A DNA stretch of 35,207 nt from positions 15,473,395-15,508,601 of the forward strand of contig NC_069008.1 of NCBI RefSeq assembly GCF_001194135.2. Direction: 5' to 3'. The DNA is from Octopus bimaculoides (taxonomy: Eukaryota). This document shows, piece after piece, positions 11,486 to 24,183 of the stretch. The stretch's first letter is position 1. Each line of letters begins with the position of its first letter. A program made the position numbers and the translations under genes. Below the pieces are notes generated by a model. It had not been told where the DNA came from. It saw only the letters and a list, made by a program, of their open reading frames with translations, and did not search any database.

Positions 11486-11977
11486 CACTATCTTTTATGA
11501 AACATCCGTAAGTATTAAACAATGAAAATATTCAATGTTTTTAATTCTGTAGACGTTCGGTTTTTGGCGCGTCGATTCTTTGTGTCTCTTCTATGTTTTA
11601 TGAATGAGAGATGTGCAGGATTTAGCTGCTATTTCTAACTATGGAAAACAAATGTCCATGATGTGTTTGAGATTTGGATGCTGAGTATAGCCATTCGTCC
11701 ACCTTTCGTTTTAACTTGCAGAACTGTTATCGATGTTCGTTAATTTCCGTAAATTTATCTTTATTTACTTTCGTTTTCATGACATGTGGAAGGCCACATT
11801 TGCTTTGAAACAAGTTATATTTCTGGACAAAGACTAATGTTAGTGTCCACTATTCCGTAGTTTTATTTTGACGCTGTTACACAGCATGAAGAAGTCAGTG
11901 TAGATTACAAATATGTCAGCTTCACACAAGATTCTGTGATGTAAATTTTAATAAATTAAAATGTTAAGTTCATCATC

Positions 11978-12455
11978 TTTTAATGTCCATTGTCCATGCT
12001 GGTGTGGTTGGATGGTTTGACCAAGGCTTGCAAGCTGGGGAGCTGCAGCAGACTCCAGTCTGATTTGTCATGGTTTCTACTGGATGCCCTTCCTGTTCCC
12101 CACCCCTTTACAGTGTGCTTTATGTGGCACTGCTTGGGTTTTTTACGTGGCACCACACAGACACTTTAACATGACAGCACTTGTACATGTCACGGCATGG
12201 CTTCATTTATGAGGAATGGCCACAAATGGTTTTTACCACCAGAGGGACAAATCTTAACTCTTCTGTAGTGGAGTGTGGATCTTCTTGAGTACAGCAAGGC
12301 ACCAGGAATCTTGGTCGTTTCTCATCTTACCTAAAAGGTTCTTCAGTGTTTCATCCCATGTCTTTCTGGGTGTCCCACTTCCACATGTTCACTCTACTTG
12401 TAGAGATCAATGCTTCTTTATGGACATGTTGGCATCCAGTTGAATTCTTAAGAAA
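11978..12455 (-). mobile_element. RTE LINE 3' end in the intron of C
   Basis: Minus strand reads ..TCGSGTPRKTWDETLK.., then a 3'UTR with aggaagggcatccag and a gatgatg tail. Confidence 0.7.
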
Positions 12456-12856
12456 AATGCTTATTTCTACAGTTCAACTCAATAGAAATGAATCTGTATA
12501 TTTTAAGTAGCCTTTACATCTTGTACTTTTGTTTCTATATAATTTCAGAACATCAGATGACAAGGATGTAACTGATGAAATATCCTCAATATCTACCATG
12601 TTTTCAAGGCTACAGGAAAATATTATATGAAACAGATGTATCAGATTCTTTCTACAAGTCTGTGAAAGAATTCCTGTGAAACATTTACTCTGAAATAATA
12701 TTATTAACCAAATTTGTGAACATCCCTGACTGAATTGTCAAGAAGAGGAGCCTGTGTACTAATTAAAGTTGGATAAATTTATGTAAGTGTTGCTAAACAA
12801 ATGTAACACTGGACAGAAATGCAGCAGTAGAAGTATTTGTAAAGAATAAAGTCTAA

Positions 12857-13895
<1,039 letters not shown>

Positions 13896-13947
13896 CCATG
13901 TTAGAGTGACACATGTGATAAATCATTCTCTCAAAACCATAACTTAA

Positions 13948-14130
<183 letters not shown>

Positions 14131-14344
14131 TAGAATGGAGAATGGAAAAGTGTAGTTTCTATAGTTTCTTATTTGCTTGAAAAGTTTAATATTCCTGTTT
14201 TATGCGATGGAAAATATGACTAACGTATTTTAAAATATTTCGTTATTTCTGAAGCATACTCACTAATTGATGAGTGTCTAAATTCCACTTCCTTTCCTTT
14301 TTCAAGAGCTGTTGATGTCCGACTGCATTGGTGTGAAATATTTT

Positions 14345-14680
14345 TTCTTTCTTTCTTGCCTTTAACCCTCCAATGCAGAGTATAGGCCACTTATAATTGA
14401 ATTCCATGTCGCATAATTTTTCGCTTCCATATTTATACTCTGCCATGAATGTCCCCCTTTCTCTAGTTCCCTTTGTGTTGATCTACGCCACAAGTTCTTA
14501 GGCCTGCCCTTCTTTCTATATCAATCCGAATTCCACTGTGAAGTGCTTTTCGCTGCATTTGGTATGTCCTTTCTAATTGTGCTACCAATCCACTTCCACT
14601 TTCTCTTAAATATCTGCTCTCTAATCGGAACTTGATTCATTCTTTGCCATAGCTCCATATTGTTAGTCAAAGCCCTAGGT
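14345..14680 (-). mobile_element. RTE LINE ORF2 C-terminus/3' end
   Basis: ELWQRMNQVPIREQIFKRKWKWIGSTIRK...RKKGRPKNLWRRSTQREL is the typical RT-downstream RW.GH..R...GRP motif. Confidence 0.8.
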
Positions 14681-14707
14681 GTGAAATTATTTATATATAT
14701 ATATATA

Positions 14708-15013
14708 TCGTTGCCAGTACCGCCTGACTGGCTCCTGTAGGATTTTCGAGCGAGATCGTTGCCAGTGCCCCTGGATTGGCTTGTGCGGGTGGCACATAAA
14801 AGACACCATTTCAAGCGTGGCCGTTTTCGTGCGGGTGACACGTAAAAGCACCCACTACACTCTCTGAGTGGTTGGCGTTAGGAAGGGCATCCAGCTGTAG
14901 AAACTCTGCCAAATCAGACTGGAGCCTGGTGTTGCCATCCGGTTTCACCAGTCCTCAGTCAAATCGTCCAACCCATGCTAGCATGGAAAGCGGACGTTAA
15001 ACGATGATGATGA

Positions 15014-15017
<4 letters not shown>
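14708..15017 (+). mobile_element. RTE-associated 3' tail/SINE with (gat)n end, flanked by (ta)n
   Basis: ggttggcgttaggaagggcatccagctgtagaaac...acccatgctagcatggaaagcggacgttaaacgatgatgat. Confidence 0.7.
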
Positions 15018-15054
<37 letters not shown>

Positions 15055-15059
15055 ACCTT

Positions 15060-16260
15060 TATAGTAAATATTAATTATGACTGCTCACAGATATAACAAT
15101 ATGAGTGTCAAGAAATGGTGTCAGATGAGATTTCTTACAAAATAATTTCAAAATCTGTAAGAAATTATTGATATTAAAAATATCACAGTTGTAAGTTATC
15201 ATATAGAAGCAATTTTGACAGGAAACTATATTTCTGCATGCTGTAGGAGGCAAGTAAAGAGTTTGGTGTCAAGAAAGGTAAACCAACTGTAAATAACCAG
15301 AGCCACAACGAATGGATTAATTGTTGCTGTAGCTGAAACCTACAAAACTAGCCCCAATTTAGATGGAGGTTAAAATGCCTGTTACGAAGTGTCACATTTA
15401 TATAGTGACGTCCTCATATCAATACAAGCATATCTAGTTTAGACATTCCTCTCAGAGAATGTTCCAATGCAGATATCAGGATGAAGCTGAAATATATGGG
15501 TGAAGATGGTAAAGATTGGCCCAATGAAGATAGAAGGGGAAGGGCGTGGTGAGCAGTGGCGTATAAAATCTGATTGGATGGTCAATATAATCAGATATCA
15601 ATATCCGGTTAAATGTCCCATGCATGAATTTCTTTTAATCAGCTGATAATATGACAACGTGGAGGCTCAATGGCCCGGTGGTTAGGGCAGCGGACTCGCG
15701 GTTTCGATTCCCAGACCGGGCGTTGTGAGTGTATATTGAGCGAAAACACCTAAATCTCCACGAGGCTCCGGTACGGGGTGGTGGCGAACCCTGCTGTACT
15801 CTTCCACCACAACTTTCTCTCACTCTTTCTTCCTGTTTCTGTTGTGCCTGTAATTCAAAGGGTCAGCCTTGTCACACTGTGTCACGCTGAACCTCCCCGA
15901 GAACTACGTTAAGGGTACACATGTCTGTGGAGTGCTCAGCCACTTGCCCATTAATTTCACGTGCAGGCTGTTCTGTTGATCGGATCAACTGGAACCCTCG
16001 ACGTCGTAAGCGATGGAGTGCCAACGACAACACTATCCTTTATGAAACATTTCTGTAAATATTAAACAACAAAAATATTCAATGTTTTTAATTCTGTAGA
16101 CGTTTGGTTTTTGGCACATCAGTTCTTTGTTTCTCTTCTATGTTTTATGAACGAGAAATGTCCTTAATTTGTGCGGGATTTGGTTGCTATTTCTCGCTAT
16201 GGAAGCTACCTTCTGCACTCACCATCGTTGCCCTGTTAGTTTGAAAAATATTCTGATGCA
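15060..16260 (+). pseudogene. Orphan cassette head (no ZF exon downstream)
   Basis: Matches 10355-11700(+) and 27480-28300(-). The NRF1/ETS segment is deleted, the donor is mutated to GTAAAT (16055), and a SINE is inserted. Confidence 0.75.
15659..16031 (+). mobile_element. Near full-length tRNA-derived SINE family 1
   Basis: Box A (tggcccggtggttagg) and box B (ggtttcgattcc), family body, ...gagtgccaacgacaac tail; 14-nt deletion in the head relative to the 34548 copy. Confidence 0.92.
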
Positions 16261-16265
16261 CACAC

Positions 16266-16410
16266 GCACAAAACGGAGAAAATGAAACAAATATGGATGA
16301 CTTGTTCTGAAACACCCCTGAGTGGGGAACAGTTCTCAAAAATAACCCCCAATTGTTTCCCCCTCAAAAAAAATTCCTATGTCCTCAGAATCTACATAGT
16401 CTGAGGTATA
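16266..16410 (+). repeat. Unclassified dispersed repeat
   Basis: gcacaaaacggagaaaatgaaacaaatatgga..gttctcaaaaataaccccc recurs at 26529-26660. Confidence 0.75.
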
Positions 16411-16599
16411 TTTGTGAAAGGTATTAATTCATTGACCCCACTTGGGTAGCATCTCAGTGAAACACAATTGAGGACCATTGACAGTGGATGTGATGCACTA
16501 CCAGAAGCGCACGTGTCTCAGAGATCGACCGAGAGCTGGAGCAGTTGGCAATATGGAGGGAAATCAAGATGGAGACTCTGGACGAAATTGCATGAGTTT

Positions 16600-17300
16600 T
16601 TAACAAGATATTCCTAGAGCATGACTCTCTGATGACCTCTTTCTGGACCCTGAGATCAGCAAGCAAATTGAACAAGCATCCTCCACATTTGCCAGGCTCT
16701 CAGAGAGTCCAGAGAAACAGGAAACTGGCCACAAACACCAAGACTGTTGTCTCTAACACGTGTCCCTAGTAACTACTTTATAACAGAGAGACATAGAGCC
16801 TCTACTCCAGACAGGAGCAGTATCTCAACATCTTCCACCTTTGCAATTTAAGATTCATCTTTGGATATCAAAAGAACCAACCACATCACCAACATCAAAG
16901 TCCTCTACTGCTCCAAAATACCCAATATATCCAGCCTGCTCCAGTAGCATCGTCTGTGCATGACGTCTTGTATGGAGAATTGGCCACCAGTACAAGAGCA
17001 TGAGGATGATCTCATTTTTGTTTCAAGGACGTTTGCAAGACAGATATGGATCTGAATGTCCTGAGATGGGAGGAGGTTGCAAATGATCGCCCTCATTGGA
17101 GACAAATACTATGAAAGGGGATGAAACAGAGGGAGAAAAACAGGATCTTGCCATCAAAGAAAAGCATACAAAACAGTAGCGCTGGCAGAGAGTACCTTCA
17201 AATGCAATCGCTGTGTGACTGCCACTCTAGTGTGTCAGCAACTGAGACAATTTCTTCAGGTGCAGATCCATGGTCTCTTGAGACCGAGGGATGTTATAAC
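16600..17300 (+). mobile_element. RTE-BovB-like LINE 3' part
   Basis: Frames give LDPEISK.I..ASSTFARL, DVLYGELAT, FKDVCK, WEEVANDRPHWRQ and FKCNRC..DCHS, plus a ccatggtctcttgagaccgaggga end. Confidence 0.8.
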
Positions 17301-17319
17301 TATACACAAGCTTCCAGGA

Positions 17320-18140
17320 CTTCCAGATTGGTTGAAATATTTCAGACCTTCTAGCTCTAGGTTTCAAATCACTAACTGCTAACCTATGTTGTGAAGTCCA
17401 TTTTTAACCAGGGAATTACTTTGCAATCACAAGTATCTGCCTATTCTACTTTCTAGTGAGTATGTAGCCAATCCGGCTTGTATGTTACCAGATACATACG
17501 TAATCAAATGTTTACTGCTCATTTTATGGAAATAATTCTGAAGTTAGGGTTGACAAAAATAAGGTGTGGTTGAGAATGAACAGAATCTCCTCCAAAACGT
17601 ATTTTCTCAATTTTATAAAAATAATCCTTATCTGGACCCTTGAAAATGTATCTCTGCACCGTTTGATTTAAAGAAACCATTGTTCAGAAACTAACAAGAA
17701 TTCAGTCTGGTGTGGGGCACTAAACTATACTTATGCCTTTGTGGTCTCTTCTGTTTTGTACTTGGGGTCATTGTTTATATACATATTTAACAACTTTACA
17801 ATATTCCTGTGTATGAAAAAGTCATAACAGATATTATTGTATAACATTTATTGAGTGAAGCATTTAAAAGATAAACAATGAATAAAATGTGAGGATGCAT
17901 AATTCAATAAAGAATCATGTGAAGGGTTGACAGGAGGAGGAGTTTTGGTATAGAGGTCCTTACATCATGGAAATGAAGTGTATGAGTGGTCAAAGAAATG
18001 GCAGATGAAAATTGCAAAAACAAAATTAAGAATATTTTTGAAAACATTATAGTCAGAATTTCCATTGCAAAATACACAGGAATATTAAAAGTATATAGTA
18101 AACATGAAATTATCCTTTTCTTTTCTCTCCTATATGAATA
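17320..18140 (-). repeat. Conserved cassette 3' block, copy D
   Basis: Reverse complement of 1545-2350. Confidence 0.85.
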
Positions 18141-18249
18141 CTTCTGTGTTTCATTAAGGTACTATTTTGAAAGAATGATTTACCACAGATATAACAATGA
18201 TATGTTTTCCTTCCTGCATTCAGAAAATGATTTTCTACAATGAACAATA

Positions 18250-19329
18250 CTATGGCTTGTCCTTTGTATGAAGACATTTGTGTGAAGACAAGACACTACT
18301 GTCAGAGAATGATTTACCACAAATCTGACAGTGATATGATCTTTCTCCTGTATGAATATGTTTGTGTCTAGCTAACAAACTACTGTCAGAGAATGATTTA
18401 CTACACATACCACAGTGATATGGCTTCTCCCCTGTATGAATACGTTTGTGTGTAGTTAACACACTATTTTGAGAGAATGATTTACCACAGATATCACAGT
18501 GATATGGTTTGTCTCCTGTATGAATACGTTTGTGTGCAGTTAAATGACTTCTGTAGAAGAATGATTTACCACAGACCTCACAGTGATATGGCCTCTCTCC
18601 CGTATGAATACGTTTGTGTGCAGTTAAATTACAACTTTGAGAAAATAATTTACCACAGACATCACAGTGATAAGGTTTTTCCTTTGTATGAATACGTTTA
18701 TGCGAAGTCAAGCCACTTTGGTCGGAGAATGATTTACCACAGACCTCACAGTGATATGGTGTCTCTCCTGTATGAATACGTTTGTGTCTAATTAACAAAC
18801 TATTTCGAGAGAAGGATTTACCACAGATATCACAGTGATATAGCTTCTCCTTTGCATAAATACATAAGTGTGAAGTCAAGGAATCTCTGAGAGAGAATGG
18901 TTTACCACAGATATCACACTGAAATGGTTTCTTTCCTGTATGAATACATTTGTGACTAGTTAAGTGACCACTGCTAGAGAATGAGTTACCACAAATATCA
19001 CAGTGATATGGTTTCTCTCCTGTATGAATACGATAATGTTTTGTCAAGGCACTACTGTCAGAGAACGGTTTACCACAGATATCACAGTGATATGGTTTCT
19101 CTCCTGTATGGGTACGTGTGTGTCTAGGTATGGCACTATTGCAAGTGAAAGATTTACCACAGATCTCACAGTGATATGGTTTTTCCCCTGTATGAATACG
19201 TCTGTGGGAAATTAGGTTACATTTTAGGGAGAAGCCCTTTTTGCAAATGTCACAGTCATAAGACAATTTTCTCATCTTTTTTATGTGTTCAGGTGAAATC
19301 CATTCTTCAACTTTTTCACTCTTTTCCAT
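18250..19329 (-). CDS. C2H2 zinc-finger protein D: MEKSEK leader plus 12 fingers (finger 5 has H->Y); intact
   Basis: Uninterrupted ORF; ATG at 19329; acceptor AG at 19675-19674; closest paralog of A at the 5' end. Confidence 0.93.
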   Translation of the reverse strand: MEKSEKVEEWISPEHIKKMRKLSYDCDICKKGFSLKCNLISHRRIHTGEKPYHCEICGKSFTCNSAIPRHTRTHTGEKPYHCDICGKPFSDSSALTKHYRIHTGEKPYHCDICGNSFSSSGHLTSHKCIHTGKKPFQCDICGKPFSLRDSLTSHLCIYAKEKLYHCDICGKSFSRNSLLIRHKRIHTGETPYHCEVCGKSFSDQSGLTSHKRIHTKEKPYHCDVCGKLFSQSCNLTAHKRIHTGERPYHCEVCGKSFFYRSHLTAHKRIHTGDKPYHCDICGKSFSQNSVLTTHKRIHTGEKPYHCGMCSKSFSDSSLLARHKHIHTGERSYHCQICGKSFSDSSVLSSHKCLHTKDKP

Positions 19330-20419
19330 TATTTTTCCCTGTAAATCACGCCGTATAAATTTTTCTTCCTTTTCATTCCTTACATACACTTTTATTTTTG
19401 TATTTGTGTTCAGTGTTACTTTTGTCTAGCAACACTTAGATACATTTATCCAAGTTTAATCAGCATGCAAGCTCCTCTTCCTGATACTCCAGTCAGTGAT
19501 GTTCAGAAATCTGGTTAATAATATCAGCTTAGACAAAATGTTTCACAGGAATTCTATCACAGATTTGTAGAAACAATGCTATACATCTGTTTTGAATAAT
19601 ATTTTCCTTTATTCCTTAAAACATGGTAGATATTGAGGAGGTTTCTTCTGTTATGGCAATGTCAAGTGATGTTCTGAAATTATATAGAAACAGCAGTGTA
19701 AGATGTAGAGGCTACTTAAAATACAGAGATTCAGATAGCATGTAGCATAGGGAAGCAGATAGATGAACAATGGCACGAGCCAAAGAAGAGAAAAGTTTGT
19801 TAGTGCTCTATCAACAAGCTCAATTAGAAAATAGAGGCTCGGTTAACAAATGCATTATTATCAACACACAGAACAGGCACGACACTTTGACAGATTACAG
19901 CGGCCACACACATAGTAATAGACAGACTGAGCCTTAACAGAAAACATGAATGGAACAGCCAGCACACTATGCAACATGACAACAGATTGGGAGAGAAAAA
20001 CAGGAAAAAAGACACAGATACACCCCAACCCACTTACCCACACACAAAACACAAAATGTAAAATGAAAATAGCAAGGTAAACAAATGAGAAAATAGTAAA
20101 AAAAAACTCAATAAAGGTCAGATACAAACACTAAAGTAAGCAAACCCCTTCCCACATACACACACACACGTGAGATGGAAAGTTACTGAAGAAGTCAGAG
20201 GATGTGTTATGAAAGATTTCTAGATAAAAGGACATGAAATACGAACAAGAATAAATCTGAAGTGAAGGAGGAATAAATACAGGCATACCTCACCCTACAT
20301 CGTTAATCAGTTCCAAGAGACACAGCTTAGGTTGAATTAATTTATCTCTAGGCTAGGCTAGGCCAAATTTACTTATCTCTAGGCTAAACCAATAATAACC
20401 GTTCTCGTTTATTTCAAAT

Positions 20420-20970
20420 CTGTGGCTTGAAAGTCCAAAAACGTCAGTGAGTGAAAAACTCATCCTGTCTCAGTTGGCTGTTGGTCTCGAGAGCAACAAG
20501 GAAAGAGAGAAAGTTCTTCAAGCTAATGAAGTTAACGAACTCAGTTTAGAAGATACAGTACAATTTTTACAATGTTCTTCGCAAATACCTGAATTTTGCA
20601 ACAACAATTCAGAAGAGGAAGTCATATCATACTCCAAAACGATTGCACAAAATAAAAGAAAAAAAAATCTGAGTGTTAAATCTTGCTAGAGCCATGAAAA
20701 CACAAATGCCCTGCAGAAACTGTGGCAAGAAAGGTCACTATGCAAAAGTTCACGAAAGCACCAGGATGAGTCTTCAGGATGGAGTTATGGCTCTTAACAG
20801 TCATGCGTCGTGTTTGAATTTGTCTCACTCAGTAGACATGATGCATGATACAGGTGCTCCCTGCAGCATTATCTCATCAGTAATAGCAAAGGATATCAGT
20901 GTGAGGCAGATTTTTTCCAAATTATCTTCACTATGCGTTAGAAATGATGGGAGGTGGAGAAGCCTTTTAT
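20420..20970 (+). mobile_element. Decayed Ty3/Gypsy-type gag-protease fragment in the intron of D
   Basis: LILSQLAVGL..EREKVLQ..LSLEDTV (gag-like), CRNCGKKGHYAKVH (zinc knuckle with last C->H), DTGAPCSII (aspartic protease DTG motif). Confidence 0.7.
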
Positions 20971-21309
20971 AAACAGTTACAAAAATCTGATTTCCATTCA
21001 CTTTTACAACACAGAACACCATTACATTTCTTGGTTAACATGTAGTATACCGCAGCATCTTTGGTTACGGTTAGGAAACAGTTCTTAGCAATCAGCTTTG
21101 CTTAATATGCTAACAGAACTTCACAGGGATGTGTAAAATACTCCCTTGATTGGCTAAAATACCCAAATTTTGCAAATTTCAAGGCTAATAACTTCTTAAT
21201 TATGAATTTCATTTTCATAATTAATATTCAAAACTTAATCCATATACCAGATTTGTAAACAATTGGAACAAAATTGTAGACAGTGACGATAAACACAAAG
21301 ATCCTGTAT

Positions 21310-22173
21310 TTGAGAATATTTCTCAAACTAACGTGGCAATAATGGATAGCTTTCACAGCTAGAAATAGCAGCCAAATCTCACACAAATTACAGACCTCTC
21401 TCTTCCATAGCTAGAAACAGTAGCCAAATCTTGCACAAATCATAGACATTTGTCTTACAAAGTTAGAAAGAGTATTCAAATCTCGCATAAATCAGACATA
21501 GTGTCTTCTATAGCTAGAAATAGCGGCCAAAACTCGCACAAATCAAGGACATCTCTCATTCATAAAACATAGAAGAGACACAAAGAATCGGTGCGCCAGA
21601 GACCGAACGTCAACAGAATTAAAAACATTGAATATCTTCATCGTTTAATACTTACAGAAATGTTTCATAAAGGATAGAGTTGTTATGTATGTGTGTATCT
21701 GGTAGGTGAGAAATACATTATAAGAATTATAAATGTATTAACAGCTGATTAAGAAAAATTCACGCACAGGACATTTAACTGGCTTTCAACACCAACTCAC
21801 ATAAAGAATCTTGCAAAACCAAATCCAAAAACGAAAGTACATGAAGCAGGAAATACGTTCAATGCGCATGTGCATCTCCACTCCTGAAACATTTACTCTT
21901 GTTTATCTCCCTTTATGTTTCAGTAAATTGCTGTTCGTGCATGTCTCACTGTCTGTCAGTATCGATCATTAAAGAAATACAATAATAATGTCAATACAAT
22001 AAGGAAATATGTCAGTATCGATCACCCTCTCGAATGTTACACGCTCTCTGTTCCCTTCCAGTTCTTTCTTGACTGGGCTATTTTTTGCCACATTGACAAA
22101 TATAGTAATACAATCGTGATATCTGCATTAAATCATTCTCTGAATCTAATGTCTTAACTAGACACGTTTGTAT
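21310..22173 (-). promoter_or_regulatory. Cassette head D
   Basis: tgcgcatgtgca at 21863-21874, ETS-like atttcctg, GTAAGT at 21655, four motif-array units at 21361-21545, fossil finger at 22115-22173. Confidence 0.6.
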
Positions 22174-22599
22174 CTACATGAGAACTTCTTTAGGTTCGTT
22201 GGTGCCTTTGAGCGACATGTGGGGAAGTCAGTGTTTACCAGTTATCTTTGTCTCTGGCCAACCGGTATACCTCTTCGCAGTGCTACGCCGCGTCTTCCTT
22301 GGCCGTCCTCTTTTTCTCTTACCTTCCAGTGGTATACAACCCATAGCCATTTTGATAAGCTTCTCCTCTAGTAGTTTTATTTTGTGTCCAGCCATTCTCA
22401 ATCGTTGTTCGGTTACAATTGCATGTAGGGGCCTTATTCTTGCAACTTGGAGAATAAATGATTCTTGGGATCTTTCTGAGGCACTGCTGGTGGAATACAT
22501 TTGAGTTGGTGGGCCATTTTTGCTGTCATGTTTCAGGTCTCAGCTGCATAGATCGCTATAGTCTGTATTGCTTCTTTGTACAGACGAATCTTCAGCTCT
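22174..22599 (-). mobile_element. RTE LINE ORF2 C-terminus/3' end
   Basis: EQRLRMAGH...AMGCIPLEGKRKRGRPRKTRR. Confidence 0.8.
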
Positions 22600-22675
22600 G
22601 TTGTTGTTGGCACTCCGTCGCTTACGACGACGACGACGGTTCCAGTTGATCCGATCAACGGAACAGCCTGCTCGT
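22600..22675 (-). mobile_element. SINE family 1, 3' end, running into a gap
   Basis: Family tail sequence. Confidence 0.88.
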
Positions 22676-22775
22676 NNNNNNNNNNNNNNNNNNNNNNNNN
22701 NNNNNNNNNNNNNNNNNNNNNNNNNNNNNNNNNNNNNNNNNNNNNNNNNNNNNNNNNNNNNNNNNNNNNNNNNNN

Positions 22776-23164
<389 letters not shown>

Positions 23165-23279
23165 TCAATCTTCTCTACTCCAAACCCTTCCCTCATAGTT
23201 TCACCCCCTACCTACCTTATAGTGACATCTTCCCTCCCTGGGTTTGTTGACTTGCAAGCTACACTGAGACTTCAGTAGT

Positions 23280-23395
23280 GTCAGTGGCACAAGAAAAGCA
23301 TACAGTAGAGTGTGTAAAGTGGTTAGCATTAGGAAATGCATCCAGGTGTAGAAACCTTGCCAAAGCAGACACTGGAGTACAAATACAGTGCTTGA
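23280..23395 (+). mobile_element. RTE-associated tail fragment
   Basis: gtggttagcattaggaaatgcatccaggtgtagaaaccttgcc matches the family at 14870-14910. Confidence 0.6.
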
Positions 23396-23439
23396 TTCAT
23401 TTGATCCTCATCAATTGGCAGAAATAAGTCATATAAGAA

Positions 23440-24183
23440 ATAAGTTTATATGATGCCTTTAACAAACAAACATTTTACTCATCACAACATGAGTACAAAC
23501 ATTGGTACAAAGTGTGTTAAGGTTATATTTCAAGATATTTACTAGCCTTTCATATTTGCACTTCCATGCCTCTTTCTTTTGAATCACTGAATGCAAACAT
23601 GACATTATCCTTCTGCAGACTTCGGGGTACTTGGGGGTCATTGTTTATATACATATTTGACAACTTTAATGAAAAATTCATAACTTGTGTTATTGTATAA
23701 AATATTTAATGAGTGAATCAATTAAAAGATAATAAACAATAAATGTATTGTAATTCCAGGATACAATCATGTGTAGGGTTTCCAGGAGGTGTGTTTGTTG
23801 TTCGTCTGAAGTGCCATATTTCAATGTAGTTCGTCTGGGGTCCCTGTTTCGTTCTTGTTTTGAGGAACTGTCGAGGTTGAATGAAATGGGATATATATGG
23901 TGAGGACAACATTCTTGTTTCTTGATAACTAACAATTCTGTGAGTCAGTTCTTTGTTTATAGTTAATAAATAAATGTGATAACTAAATAGTACAACTTGT
24001 GTATTCTCTGCGAGTCCCCCTACAGGAATACAACAGTGTTGGTATAGAGGTCCTTACACTATAGAAAAGAAAATGGATGAGTAGCCATGGAAGGAGGTGG
24101 AGGAGAGAAAAGCAAACCAAAAACAAATTCGAAAATTTCTACAAATATTTTGGTTAGAAATTCCATTGCATGAAACATAGGAA
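23440..24183 (-). repeat. Cassette 3' block, copy F, with a deletion joining it to the old RTE piece
   Basis: Conserved block from 24183 to ~23620, then AWKCKYERLVN-coding sequence as at ~9050. Confidence 0.8.

Larger units (their letters stand above)
10355..11760 (+). promoter_or_regulatory. Cassette head C, interrupted by two MITEs
   Basis: Upstream segment matches 15280-15640; acgcatgtgcat at 10879-10890; GTAAGT at 11508; two motif-array units. Confidence 0.6.

Noticed and set aside
15661-15725. tRNA-like sequence (also 34480-34548)
   Set aside because: Head of a SINE, contiguous with the family body; no independent acceptor stem recognised.
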